A DNA stretch of 64,000 nt from Amphiscolops sp. MND2022. Lineage: Eukaryota. The stretch spans positions 90,956,001 to 91,020,000 of the forward strand of contig OZ076409.1 in assembly GCA_964187785.1 (NCBI GenBank). The letters are read 5' to 3'. The notes beneath the pieces are model-generated. The model had not been told where the DNA came from, ran no database searches, and worked only from the letters and a program-made list of their open reading frames with translations. Below, in pieces: positions 1-11,736 of the stretch. The translations under genes and the position numbers were made by a program. The number at the start of each line of letters is the position of its first letter. Position 1 is the first letter of the stretch.

Positions 1-739
1 AGAAAAGAACCGACTATAGCAGTGATTTTTCAGACCTGTGAACTTACAGATTTCTATAAGTTTTCTATGCTTATAGTAACTTAGTTACCCTAGTAACTTT
101 TAACTACTACTTGGCGTAGAGGCTAAGTCGGATTTTTGAAGTTATTCAAAGCAGGAGTACATGGGTTCGAGACTCGCACTATACGGACATTTTTAATGCC
201 TTCAAAAAAGAGGGCCCCTCTTTTTTTGGCCCCTTAGACCAAAGGGTCCCCTTTGGGCTTTTTCGGACTTTTGCGACTTTTCTGTTTTTTTTTTAGTCGG
301 CGCTTTTATAAATAAAAGCCCGACTATAACAGTCACTCGTTTTTTTCTTTAAGACAGACTCGAAGCCACGAACGTTAAAATTAACGTTCAACTACTAAAT
401 ACAGTACTAAACTACTGGTCCCTGGACCGGCAAAGGCAAACGGGGAGCGCATTTAGGATAGTGCAAAGGGTCCCCCTTTCAGTTACTCCATTTTTATCGT
501 AAGATACAAAACAGGACGAGACTATAGGGTTTGAGTTTTTTCGGCACTGTGCGGCTTTTTTTCGAAATTTTTGTCTCCAAAGGGTCCCCTTTAAGTTTTT
601 TGATATTTTACAGCAAATTGAAGTTTCAAAAAGCCCAAAGGGTTTCCCCTTTCAAGTTTTTCGGCACTATGAGACTGGCTCAAAATTCTTATTTTTTGAT
701 TTTTCTTTTTTTTTCAAAACCCAAAGGGTCCCCCTTTTT

Positions 740-1028
740 GCACATGACGAAGTCAATGTGCATTGCAGTCCAGCTAAGAAAGTTTTTTTTCCACAGTAGC
801 CAACTTCATAATGAGCGCCTTTTAGAAAAAAGCCAAAACCCCGGAGAGATTCGAACCTGCAGCCTCCCGATTGCACGGCATAAGTGTTGACCACTGTGCC
901 ATAGGGACGTTATTGAACAAAGTTGAACTGTTGAACATATACGCATGCGATTAAAGTAATATATATACGCATATTAAAATAATCGATGTCTTCGTCATGT
1001 GTTGCGAAGCACCGCTTCGCCTCTGTGT
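740..1028 (+). mobile_element. HINE family B (289 bp) with an antisense tRNA-like cassette
   Basis: SubTIRs cacatgacgaag (741-752) and cttcgtcatgtg (990-1001); hairpin gcgaagc-acc-gcttcgc; end ctctgtgt. Nested in a T-run of family A. Confidence 0.78.
838..908 (-). pseudogene. tRNA-like pseudogene or SINE head inside HINE B (second copy 12379-12449)
   Basis: Minus strand has A box TGGCACAGTGG and B box GGTTCGAATC at tRNA spacing; the anticodon stem does not pair. Confidence 0.6.
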
Positions 1029-1799
1029 ACAATTTCAAAAAGTTTGAGCTTTTTGAGCCTTAGATATGGCGCCGACTTGAGACGTTCCCGTCTTGTTAAC
1101 TGAAACCCTCTACTTCAATTTTCAGCAGAAACAACGTTTTGCGAGTATAGAGGGCCACTTCATTTTTTTCTCAGTCTCGAGGCGACCTCTTTGATTATTT
1201 TTTCAACCTGTGGGACTGATGAGTTTTCTCAAGGATTGTGGAAAAGTTCTACTGTTTTTTTTCGGTACTGTGTGACTTCCGAAATTTTTATTTTATCAAT
1301 GTGTACCCTCTTCACTTCAATAAATGTGTTCGGCCCGAAAGAAGCATTTGGCGAGCTTAAAGCCCCTTTTTTCGGCATTTTTCTTTGAAGACAGTCTATT
1401 GATGTTTCCAGCTGGGGGAAAGGCGGTTTTAGAGACTTATGCGTATCCCTTCAGGTATTGTTTGGCACTGTACATTTGATGAAAACGTTTTCACAATAGT
1501 GTCTTTTTGCATTTTAAAAACTTTTTTAACTTTGAGTGGTGTGCCGACTTGGGCCGTTCTCGGCTTGTTTGACTGCTGTTGTGTGTTTTCCATTTCATAT
1601 TTGGCTTGTGTCTTCCGGTGAACTGCTTCCTGTTCTGTTCCCCCAACATCTTTGTTCCCCCATCTTTGCGGGAGGATGTAAATTTAGGTTTAGTTTCCAG
1701 TTTGGGTGAGCAACACTTTGTTGTAGTGAAAATGTCACGGGTAAGGTTCTTCGATTTTCATCCTGGAATTGATGAATTCTTTCAATATTTTGCAGTTGG

Positions 1800-2579
1800 T
1801 GTCGTCGAAGATAATAAGGAGGACAATTTTATTTGAACGGAAGGCAGAAATTTTGCTGCAGATGAAAATTTAGTAGTATGCGTTGTCATCATCACCGCAT
1901 GAGCACTTCGGGAAGGCACATTTGCTTAACTTCCATTTGATCTCATTGGAGATCGTCGTGTTGGCCATCAGGAAATTGCAGATGCGGTTTGCATAGTTGG
2001 GATTTCCCCTAATAAGTAACAGGGTTTACCAACAAGGGGTTTCGAGTGAATGACTTATTTGAGGAAGGCATCGGTCAGTTGGCTTTTTCATCGGTTCAGC
2101 CATCAAGTATTTAGATATGCTGATATCGACTCAGGTTGTAATCAATTTCGGTTGTGTTAGTCACTTTGCAATGCCTTCTTCAGAAACATTGGAGGACGCA
2201 ACGGTTACTGCGATTTTGAGTCAATGCTTGGTTGTGGGCTGCTGAATTTTGTCCTTTTTGGCTTTGTTTTAAATAATTTGACTGCTAGACTTTGCAAAGA
2301 AATGTCAATTGGTGGGATCTCTGTGAGAGCTTCAGCTGTACTAATAGGTGGCGATAAACAGTTTCTGAAAATCGATCTCAGGATATTGTTTTGGAAGAGA
2401 TGTGATTTGATATTCTTTTGTGCCCATATTGGTGCTCCATATAAAACTTGGGGTTGTATGAGAGATCGGTAAAGATAGTCTATGGTCGGAAGTGTAATCC
2501 CCAACTTGGCGCTGCAATGCTATCGGAGGATATGCCAGTTCCCGGCTTGTTGGTCATTGGCTTTGCTTTGGTTTCGATA
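1800..2579 (-). pseudogene. LINE ORF2 C-terminal remnant
   Basis: YRSLIQPQVLYGAPIW...ISTAEALTEIPPIDI is a typical post-RT region of non-LTR elements; cut off by a HINE at 2580. Confidence 0.65.
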
Positions 2580-3119
2580 AACAAGCCGAAAACGGCCAAA
2601 GTCGGCGCCATATCCAAGGCTCAAAATTGAAAAGGGTGGACCCTTCGGGCTTTGTGAAACCCCAGTTGGTTGCAAAAAATAAAAAAAATGAAGGGGGGAC
2701 CCTTTGGGGACATGAAAAAATTTCCCAAAAATTTTTTCAAAATGAGATTTTGGAACAGTGTCACAGTGCCGAAAAATGTAAAAGGGGGGACCCTTTGCGA
2801 TTTTTTGACATCCATTGTGTTGCAAAATATCGAAACAAATGAAAATGAGAGGGGGACCCTTTGGTGCAATCCAAAAAGTTTCAAAAAGTCTCATAGTCCT
2901 GGAAAAAAGTGGGGCTATGGGGGATCCTTAGTGTGTTTTCGAGGCTCTGGACGTCTGTTTTATTTTTTTCTTTTCGTTTTGGACGCGCTTCTGAGGTTGG
3001 AGTTGTTGAGGTTTGACGTTGTTGAACAAATGAACAAAAAAGTGGACCTTACGCGTCTAAAAAAAACTACCCACTGTAATAGTCGGGCTCATTTTCTACT
3101 AAAATGCGCCGACTAAAAA
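2580..3119 (-). mobile_element. HINE family A, reverse copy
   Basis: aacaagccg...agtcggcgccatatc at the left end and gcgccgactaaaaa at the right end. Confidence 0.78.
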
Positions 3120-4406
3120 TTCGTAAAAAGTCGCACACAGTCTAGAAAGGTTTTTACACTTATAGGGAAAACTCTCATTAGTCCCACAGGATCAACAATT
3201 GACTGAAGAGGTCACCATTAAAGCAAACGGACTCAAGCAAACGGTTTTCTGTAGGTTTTAGAAAAAATGAAAAAAAAATCGAAACGAACTCCTTCGATTA
3301 GTCGAAAATACAGTGCCGAAAATCCTTAATGGACCCGCTATGCTCGCAGACGCTTTGTTATAAAATTTAAAGAGGACCATTCAGTTTTAAAATCAGAAAA
3401 CTTCATAGTGCCGAAAAGCCTCAAAGGAACTACCTTTCCAAGCATACAAAATTTTTTGGTTTAGTGCAGACCTGGAAATCCGCGTTGACGAAGTGGCATA
3501 CAAATTGGAGTAAACTAAGTTATAATTTATGTTTTTATGTTTATGGCACAAACTGGGGAGGAAAAGAATGAAAAAATCCAGCGGCTAAAACTAAAATTTT
3601 TCGTTTTTTAAGGTCTTATTTGCTAACGTATGTATGGCAGCTTAGTCAGTCAGTTGTTAATCTACAAAAGTTCACTCTCACTTTCATGGCCAGTTGTGGC
3701 CACTACAGCTCATCTTTTCTAGATGCATATCTGTAATTGACCGATGTAAATTTCATCTTGAAAAACTCGCCACTGTCTTGTGGGGTTTCCATTGTATATA
3801 AGCGATCATTATCCGAATAGTAAGAGATGGCAAAAGTTGCCCTTGAAGGGAACCAATTCTAGATAGTCTTCCATCGTCACGCAATAACGCAATTTTAACC
3901 TGTTTTTCGGATAAAATGGCTCGAATTTTCCAATTCGCAGCCAATTTGACTGCGATTTCTAAGAAATATATTGCCCTAAAATGATTGAGATGTGTTTTTG
4001 AAAACCCTTAAGAAACCCTGATCATCTGGTGAAGCGAGGTTAATGATTATCACCTTGAACTGCCAAATGTCAATTTCTACGCAAATCAGTTTTACTATTT
4101 TTCATTCATAACTTTTAGCTTGTTTCAGAAACCGATTTCGGTATTATATTTTGATGTCGTAATTTCATTTGGACACCTTAATGTCTTATGTCTTTTTCTA
4201 TTGTGAACTAAAATGAAGTTTCATTATAACGCACCACATTCACTGCTGTACTCAACTAGAACAGACATTTTTGCCGCTAGGCGTGTCTACTGGGAAAACC
4301 TAAATTAATTATTTGTGGGAATTGAAGTTATTTCAAAACTGTTGCCGCATCTTCGCCATATGTTAAATAATAAAATTAACTAGTTCAGAATTTATTTTTC
4401 CACCAG

Positions 4407-4608
4407 GTTGGTCTCACGATTTCGCTGGGAAGTGGCATGCCAATTGGGAAAGAAGGTCCTTTTGTTCACGTGGCCAGCATGGTAGCTACACAGCTGAGCA
4501 AAGTGGTAACTTCCTTCCAAGGACTGTACATGAACCCAGCCCGCAATACAGAAATGTTGGCAGCCGCATGCGCCGTTGGCGTTGCATGCAATTTTGCCGC
4601 TCCTATTG
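4407..4608 (+). CDS. CLCN2: ClC voltage-gated chloride channel (ClC-2/ClC-1 type), first internal exon visible; earlier exons not found, probably upstream of the window
   Basis: Acceptor tttttccaccag|, reads [24 protein letters not shown]...[20 protein letters not shown] with the ClC GKEGP motif; donor |gttagt, phase 1. Not in the ORF track. The symbol names the subfamily, not a proven orthologue. Confidence 0.93.
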
Positions 4609-5431
4609 GTTAGTTTTGTCCCACTCATACAATATGCTACTGTTCAACTCTCACCGTTTGTTTTCACTTCAGCTTACCATCTGAATCGACGATGCATGTC
4701 CTTTATCTAAAGGGGAACTTTCGTGATATCAACAGCTTTAATCTCAACACAACTTGACGGCAATTCAGAACCGGTACTCTAGACGCAACTTAGCGATTTT
4801 TCATGAACGGCCCCTCAATTAAAAAATCTTTCGTCACGTTGTGTTGAGATTGAAGTCGATAAATTCCGAGTGGTGTTTCATCCTGTAATATGTAATCTTT
4901 CATGTAAAAAGCATGTATAGTGCTAGTATCCGATCAAAGCGAAGTCGATGTACTCGAAATTTTCAAAGTTCAGATTAGATGTACTTTAATCCTTTTCTCA
5001 TACTCGTCTCCTGTTGTTCAAACGACCATCTGGTTTTGGCTACTTAGATTGGAGCCAGTAAAAATAACATGTGACCTAACAGAGCCAAAACATTCCATAA
5101 AAGGAAACAATGAATATATGGTTGCTGCTTGTCCTGTAGTCAACAATCTTTGTTATGGTTCCGGCTCAATATCTCCACTTTTGAGTTGTACATATATATT
5201 TTGGTCCTTTTTCAAACAGTTTCCACTAGACTCAAAGCACAACATTTGCCTCTGAAAATGCTCGTGTTGAATTCCGTTCAAGTGCTTCGCAGGTCAGCTA
5301 GATAACTTGTCAAATCAACTGCTGTTAAGAAACCTTTGAGGAGCTTTTGGTGTTGCTCTACTTTCGAATCTTCACTCTCGACATCATATTTAAATCCGTG
5401 TCAAATTTTGTATAAAACTGTGGAAATTTAA

Positions 5432-5995
5432 CCCTCTTCTGCATTTTGTTACCTAAATGTAACAAAGCCGCGGATCTATTTTCAGCCACGCACACAACAA
5501 TTCATCTTACAAACATTGCGTCATCATCACATGTGAATAAATTCCGAGCTGTGAAGCTGCAATCTGATTGGTTCCGAAATCCAAAAAATCAACAGAGTAG
5601 ACATTTATGTGTATGTAGCCTAAATGTAACATTGTGCAAAGTTGCATATTTCTTAATTCTACCGGCAGTGTGTACACAAAAAAACGAAAAAATGATACTT
5701 ATCTCTGCTTGACATCCAGCAAAAACTGTTTTACGGACTTTCATACGAAATAATTTGTAAACTCTCGTTTTCAGATGCGAAAAGTGCAAATTTTAGTCGA
5801 AATGAAATAAATGTGATTCACACTGTTTTCGTTTACCAGTATAGTGTTACATTTAGGAAACATACTGAAAATCTATATTGAGATTTCTAGTCTGAAAAAA
5901 CTTCATAACCATATGAGAAAATGGTCTACCACCTGCTAGTTGAAAGGGTCAAATAATTTTTTTTCGATGGTTTTCAATATTCATGCAGAAGAGGG
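5432..5995. mobile_element. piggyBac-like MITE
   Basis: TTAA on both sides; perfect 13-bp TIR ccctcttctgcat/atgcagaagaggg. Confidence 0.9.
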
Positions 5996-6923
5996 TTAAA
6001 TTTTCGTAGTACTGTTCGATCCACTAGCTTTCGTTTTTCCCATGTAAACGTTTCTTGCATGGCATTTTTGGTTTGGAAAGTTTTCCGAGTTTGGATCCTG
6101 GTGTAGAGGGCAAGAGGTGTATCCATGGAACGCTCAGTTTGACTACTTATGCACTCGTACCTTTTTTCTCCCGACCTTTCAATGAAAATTTCGAATTCTC
6201 AAAGACTGTCAATACAATTTTTATATACCCAAAGATGCCCCTGCGTGCGCAATGACATCAAAATCTGGAAGCTGGACTAGAGTTTTTAGTTTTCTGCGAC
6301 GGAAGCTTGAAAAATGAAAATTTTGAGAAGGCAAATTTTGTTAAGTTGAATTTTATGGCCTTTAACCCTAGCCAATTAGCGTGAAGCTTATATTAATTGA
6401 TGGAACAATAAGTTCTGCGAATTTTCATGTAACTTGTGTTTTGAAAAAAATTTCGCGTTACGGAGAAATTGGCTGTTAACTTTTGAAAATTAATGATCCA
6501 ATGAGGCATCTTTTAATATCGGGAAATATGAGAAGCAATGCGCCAAGAAGCGCTGTAAATATTTAATCAACTTATGTCCTCTAACAAGTTTCTGGTACCG
6601 AGAAAATGGCCGTAAACTTTTGGAAAAATTTCGCAAAAATTTCTTCAAAAAGTACTGAAATTAATCCTCAAAAAGGTAGTTTTTCCCTAAAGGTAGTTTG
6701 AAATCTTTTGTTGCATTTCTTGCCACTGTACTTGTTAAACTCTTCATAGGTTTTGTGTGGTTGCCAATGTGGGCCCATATTTAATGCGAGCCTTCCGCGA
6801 AGCTCCTTTGCGCCTATGTTTTTTGAACTTGAATTTTCTATTGAACTGACACTGATTTGAAAGACACGTGTCAACTGGTCTATTAATGTATTCGTTTACA
6901 TCTTTCTGTATTATGATGGTATG

Positions 6924-8573
6924 CAGGCGTGTCAATTATATGCGGCAAAAACATTAAAACTTGCAATACTTTATGCGGGTATTTTCTTCAAACTATGCGC
7001 TGAAATGTGCGGTAAAATGCTACCTTTTGCTCAAAAATGAACAAAACAATTGAGAAAAAACTTTAATAATCCAATTTCTCTGAAAAGAAATAAAACATCA
7101 TAAAATGTAGATAATACTTCGTCGTTTAGGACACGTTCAAAATCTGGATTCCTGTGCTTCCGAGTAGTTAAATTATGTTTCTATTATTTCTGCGATAGCA
7201 GGAATATTATTGAAACCTCAAGATGTCAACTTTTTTCTCAGTAAAATTCTCGTCGTGATACTGAAAAATTCAGATATTTTGTTCGGCAGTGACTGTAAGC
7301 GTGCGAATTAAATTTTTCCAGCTGCCGACGACAATTCAATTCTCGTGCGATGGAACGAGCGAGTGGTAATTATGCATTCGTACGCTGACGTCATTGAGAT
7401 GAAGCGAGCGAATATTCGTAATTATGCTTTCGTACGCCGAGATGAAGCGAATGAGTGTTAATTATTCGTTCGCCGAGAGCTTCGCCTGCATTCAAATGCG
7501 AATGTTAAACTTCGTCTACGCTTAGTAGTTATATTTGCTTTAGTCCGAGATTTAGAGGCGGTATAAACTGGTACAGTGATTAATTGTGTGCTAAATAATG
7601 ATTAAACATGAGTGTATTGGTATTCCAGATATGATTCGGTTATTAATGAAAGATTAAAGCAGAAATAATAGTGTTCCCGGAGGGGCCTATTTTTAGTCGG
7701 CGCCTTTTCCCTTAAGGAAAAAAGCCCGACTCTTACAGTGAGTAGTTTTTTTTTTCAGTTGACAATCTCACTCTGAGTGGTCCACTTTTCTTACAATTTG
7801 TTCATCTTTCATATTTGTTCATCTTCCATCTTCGACCCAGCCGGAGTGCGTGGGTTCGATTCTCGCACTAAACCATAAATTTTTTAATGCTTCCAAAAGT
7901 ACAGGTGAGACCAAAGGGCCCCCCTTTGGGTTTTTTTCGGCACTATGCGACTTTTTTCGAAAATTTTTGAAATTTATCAAAGGGTACCCCCTTGCATTTT
8001 TTTTGAAATTTTCGGTTTGTAGAAAACGTTGAATGAGCCTGAATGGCCTTTTTTTGAGTTTTTCGGCATTTTGCGACTTAAAAAATACTTTTTTTCGAAA
8101 AAAATTTCAAAAATAATTTTTTTGAAAAATTTTTTTTCCAAATTTTTACAATAGTTGTTCCTTGAATATTTTTGAGCCTAAGATATGGCGCCGACTTGGG
8201 ACGTTCCCGTCTTGTTCAACATTGGTTTTGGGTGATTTTGTCAGCAAATGTTCAACATTGTTTTGGTTTCAAAAAAAAGTAATCAAACACTTTTAGTTTA
8301 TAGCAAATAGGGTAATATATTTTATGCATTTTATATATTGTTTTATATATTTATTTAATTATATTTATATATTTAAGTGCAATCTCAACTATAATTGATA
8401 ATTAAAGTAGAACTAACTGTTTGTTCACGTGAAATAGTGGTTCGATTTCATCGATTTCGCAAACAATCAGTTACAAAACCAGTCGCATGCGCGGTAAACA
8501 TGCGGTTCCTCAAATCTAGCAAGATATGCGGGAAAATATGCGGAATATGCGGCGCATATAATTGATATGTCTG
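6924..8573. mobile_element. Non-autonomous hAT-like element with a nested HINE
   Basis: Perfect 8-bp TSD ATGGTATG (6916-6923, 8574-8581); TIRs caggcgtgtcaattatatgcg and cgcatataattgatatgtctg; subterminal ATGCGG repeats. Confidence 0.88.
7691..8216 (+). mobile_element. Helentron-like non-autonomous element (HINE family A), representative copy
   Basis: T-run, 5' subTIR agtcggcgcc (7695-7704), partial inverted ccgact about 30 bp later, 3' subTIR ggcgccgact (8187-8196), hairpin gacg-ttcc-cgtc, end ttgtt; no TSD. Other full or partial copies near 291-1097, 1100-1569, 9085-9124, 27480-27850, 44570-44783, 47945. Confidence 0.78.
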
Positions 8574-9764
8574 ATGGTATGCTTAGAAAAGTGAGCACAG
8601 CTTACCAACTCAGACGTTTGTTGCGTTTCCCACGTTTTCTCATTGAGCATCAAATCTGTAAGACTTTAAACTCGTTTGTTTCATGCTCGCATTCCTAAAA
8701 TGAATTCTCAATCGGAAGAAGCGGTCCATTGAACACTTGGACTACTGGAATACTGTCAAACTTTTGATAATTTATTGTCAGTTTGACTTTATTGTCTTGA
8801 CCAATTGCACCTTGGATATCAAACTTTTGAACAGTTCAAATTATATATCCTGCAAATTGTTTGAAGTTATACTATGAATGGAGGGCGAATAAACCGTTTA
8901 AAAGCGAGACATTGCTATTTCTATTTTGAAAGCACATTTTTAAAACTTATTACGCCCAGAGAGTGCGTAAACTCAAAAAGAAGTGACAGCTTTTCTCTTT
9001 GAAATACATAAGCGTCAATTCATTCTACTTTCAGCAAAAACCTTGATGTTTAGCGGTTTTGGTTGTAACTTTGACTATGAATTAACTTAGATATGGCGCC
9101 AACTTGGGCCGGTCCCGGCTTGTTTTCAATGCACAGTGAAAGCTGCAGGCGAAATTTTAAAATAATTTCCCATGGAGGGTTCCTGAATTGTCTGTTCAGT
9201 GAAAAAATAGCCTGCATGTAAAAAGTCCTGTCGTTTCAAGTAGGGTGCGTATTCATTGATCTATGTACTTTGAAAGTATCTTTCAGTCCTTTTCTCTTTT
9301 CAGCTACGCTTCAACGATTGATTTCGCCGTCTCAATGTTCTCTAAAATTGGGTATGAAAATTAAATTCAGAAGAAGTTGCACGAAACCGTATTTTTGAAC
9401 TAGAAACTTGCAAAGTTGGGAAGATTGTAAACAAGTCGGCGCCATATCTAAAGCTCAAAAATCGCAAAAGGACTTTAAAGTGTCAAGTATTCTCTTCTAC
9501 AGTGCCCGAAAAACCCAGAAGTTGGACCGAATTGGCGCGCCCTTTCGGATTTGTTAAAATCTATTCTGTTGCACTATTTAAAAAATTGAAGGGCCTTTGA
9601 AGACATTGAAAAAAATTCGAAAAAAGTTTCAATATGTCAAAAAAAACTGGAAGGAGGACCCTTTGGAATTTTTTAACATCTATTCTGTTGCAAATAATCG
9701 AAAAAAGTGAAAGGGGCCCTTTACAGAAGAATAAAGATTTTTCGAAAATCCAAAAAAGTCTTAT

Positions 9765-10030
9765 ACTACTGAATCCCAGGCCCTAAAGCTTTACATTGGA
9801 CGTGAATTATGTGAAATTTTGGGGAAAAATTAATAACGGTATACGAGAAATGAAAACGTTTTATCCGAACTTTGAAAACGTTACATCCGAACTTTGAAAA
9901 CGTTTCATCTGAATTTATGTAGGTGTTAGATGTTATGTATGTTTTACGAAAGTTGTCTGCAAGTTGAACAAAATTGATAGAAATTGATGAAATCTGTCAC
10001 TTCGTTGGTCTTAGAAAACAAGAAACGTTA
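9765..10030. repeat. Unclassified dispersed repeat; inverted copies near 47690-47860 and 52330-52500
   Basis: Shared taaagctttacattg...aattatgtg...atccgaactttgaaaa motifs. Confidence 0.6.
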
Positions 10031-10303
10031 TACAGTGGAAGCCGCCTAAATGGGACACGCGCATAAGAGACAACGCTTAATTGGCATGCATATTTCGGTC
10101 CCCTGGCCTACCTGGGCCGGTCAATTGTACTACTGATATAAAAGACAACGGATATAGTAGACAAGAATACCCGGTCCCGAGGCGTCCCATAGAAGCTTAG
10201 TAAACTCTACTCAGAAGCTAAAGATAGATCGTATGAAAACAGTTTTATACTACAATTCCTTTTGTATCAAGAGAGTACAACGTTTTGGCGGATATTCGCT
10301 ATA

Positions 10304-10477
10304 CAGTGGATCCCGGATATAATCAACGTCAGGGGAACGACTATTGGTGTTTCTTATAATCGAATTCTCTTATATCCGGGTTTCAAAAGGAATGAAATTG
10401 CCTGTCGGAGCCAAGATACGCATTGACTATAAGCGGGTATTTCTTATAAGTGAGTTTCTTGTATCCGGGATCCACTG
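10304..10477. mobile_element. Tc1/mariner (pogo/Tigger-like) MITE
   Basis: TA flanks; perfect 16-bp TIR cagtggatcccggata/tatccgggatccactg. A truncated relative starts at 10033 (ta-cagtggaagcc). Confidence 0.88.
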
Positions 10478-10717
10478 TATACGGTTTGCGGTAAATCCGG
10501 TTTGCCAAGAACAATCCAAAGGGGGACTCTTTTGTAACATTGAAAAATTCTCCATGAAACGTTATATCTAGAATTCGTTATTCCCGAATGCGTTTAATCC
10601 GGTATGGGTTCTGTTATTGTCGAAGGGGACTACTTTACTGTTCAAAGATAATATGTAGATTGGCCAAATTGAAGAACTTTTGTAGAACTATTTTGGACAG
10701 TTAAGGTGTTTTGAAAA

Positions 10718-11190
10718 AACAAGCCGGGGCCGGCCGAAGTCGGCGCCATATCTAAGGCTAAAAAATTGCAAAAGGACTTCAAAATGTCAACGTATTCTTT
10801 TCTACAGTACCTGAAAAACCCAAAAAGTTGGGCCGAATTGGTGCGCTAAAAGGGGGACCCTTTGGCATTTTCTAACATCCATTGTTGCAAAACATTTAAA
10901 AAATTGAAGGGGGACCCTTTGGTGAAAACAAAAATTCGAAAAAAAGTCTCACAATGCCGGAAAAAACTGAAAGGGGGACCCTTTAGTCTCTCCCGGTATT
11001 GTATGTCTCCCGGTATTGTATGTCACGCGGAAAAAGAGGAAAAATCTTTTTGGTTCAGTTCGCTAGGCGAAATGATTCAATTTGGGACCATAAAATTTCG
11101 TAGAACTTTCAACTATTTTGGTCAGTTCGTGTGGATTGAATAAAGCCACTATAATAGTCGCGTTTCACTTCATGAAGCGCCGACTAAAAA
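10718..11190 (-). mobile_element. HINE family A, reverse copy
   Basis: aacaagccgg...agtcggcgccatatctaaggc through to gcgccgactaaaaa. Confidence 0.78.
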
Positions 11191-11736
11191 CACTGACAAA
11201 AAGTCATGACTATAGTCGACTCTTTTCTCTAGAAAAGCACCGACTAAAAACAGGATTCATTCATAAGTTTTCGAATTTCCGCTTTCTGTCTCATGGAACA
11301 CACGGCCGTTTTTATCATTGGTTATGTTTCCATTCAACTGTTGTTCTTGCCGTCATGACGGCAACAAGTCCCAGAAGGCAACAAATGCACGTACAGACAT
11401 GTTGCAAAATCCTGTTAAAACTTTCTTTCTTCAAGCTTTCACAGTTAGCATATTCAGGGGAGGGAATTTTGAAAACCTCGAATTATGCCCAAAGCCGACA
11501 TTAGGCCAAATAATTATTAGGGACGATAAATCACGTCCAAAGAGGGCACTCGTGATCTGCCACGGCCACATACCTCTAGAGCCCTCAACGCAGAAACCCT
11601 AAATGTGCCATTACCAGTCAGCGGCTGGTTCTGACAAAGGCCGATGTGGGTGGGCGCGAACCCTTTGGTTGCATATCATAGAAGAGCGGATGAACTGAAA
11701 GTTTTCTCACTTGTATCAAAGGACGTGAAATAAGCG

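Noticed and set aside
4710..4883. Inverted repeat aatctcaacacaac/gttgtgttgagatt, and similar decayed TIR-like arrays at 43795-44475 and 56070-56150
   Set aside because: Probably old MITEs, but termini and TSDs could not be defined well enough to call.
11560..11700. GC-richer patch as a possible ribozyme or ncRNA
   Set aside because: No complete hammerhead or HDV core and no convincing stems found by eye.
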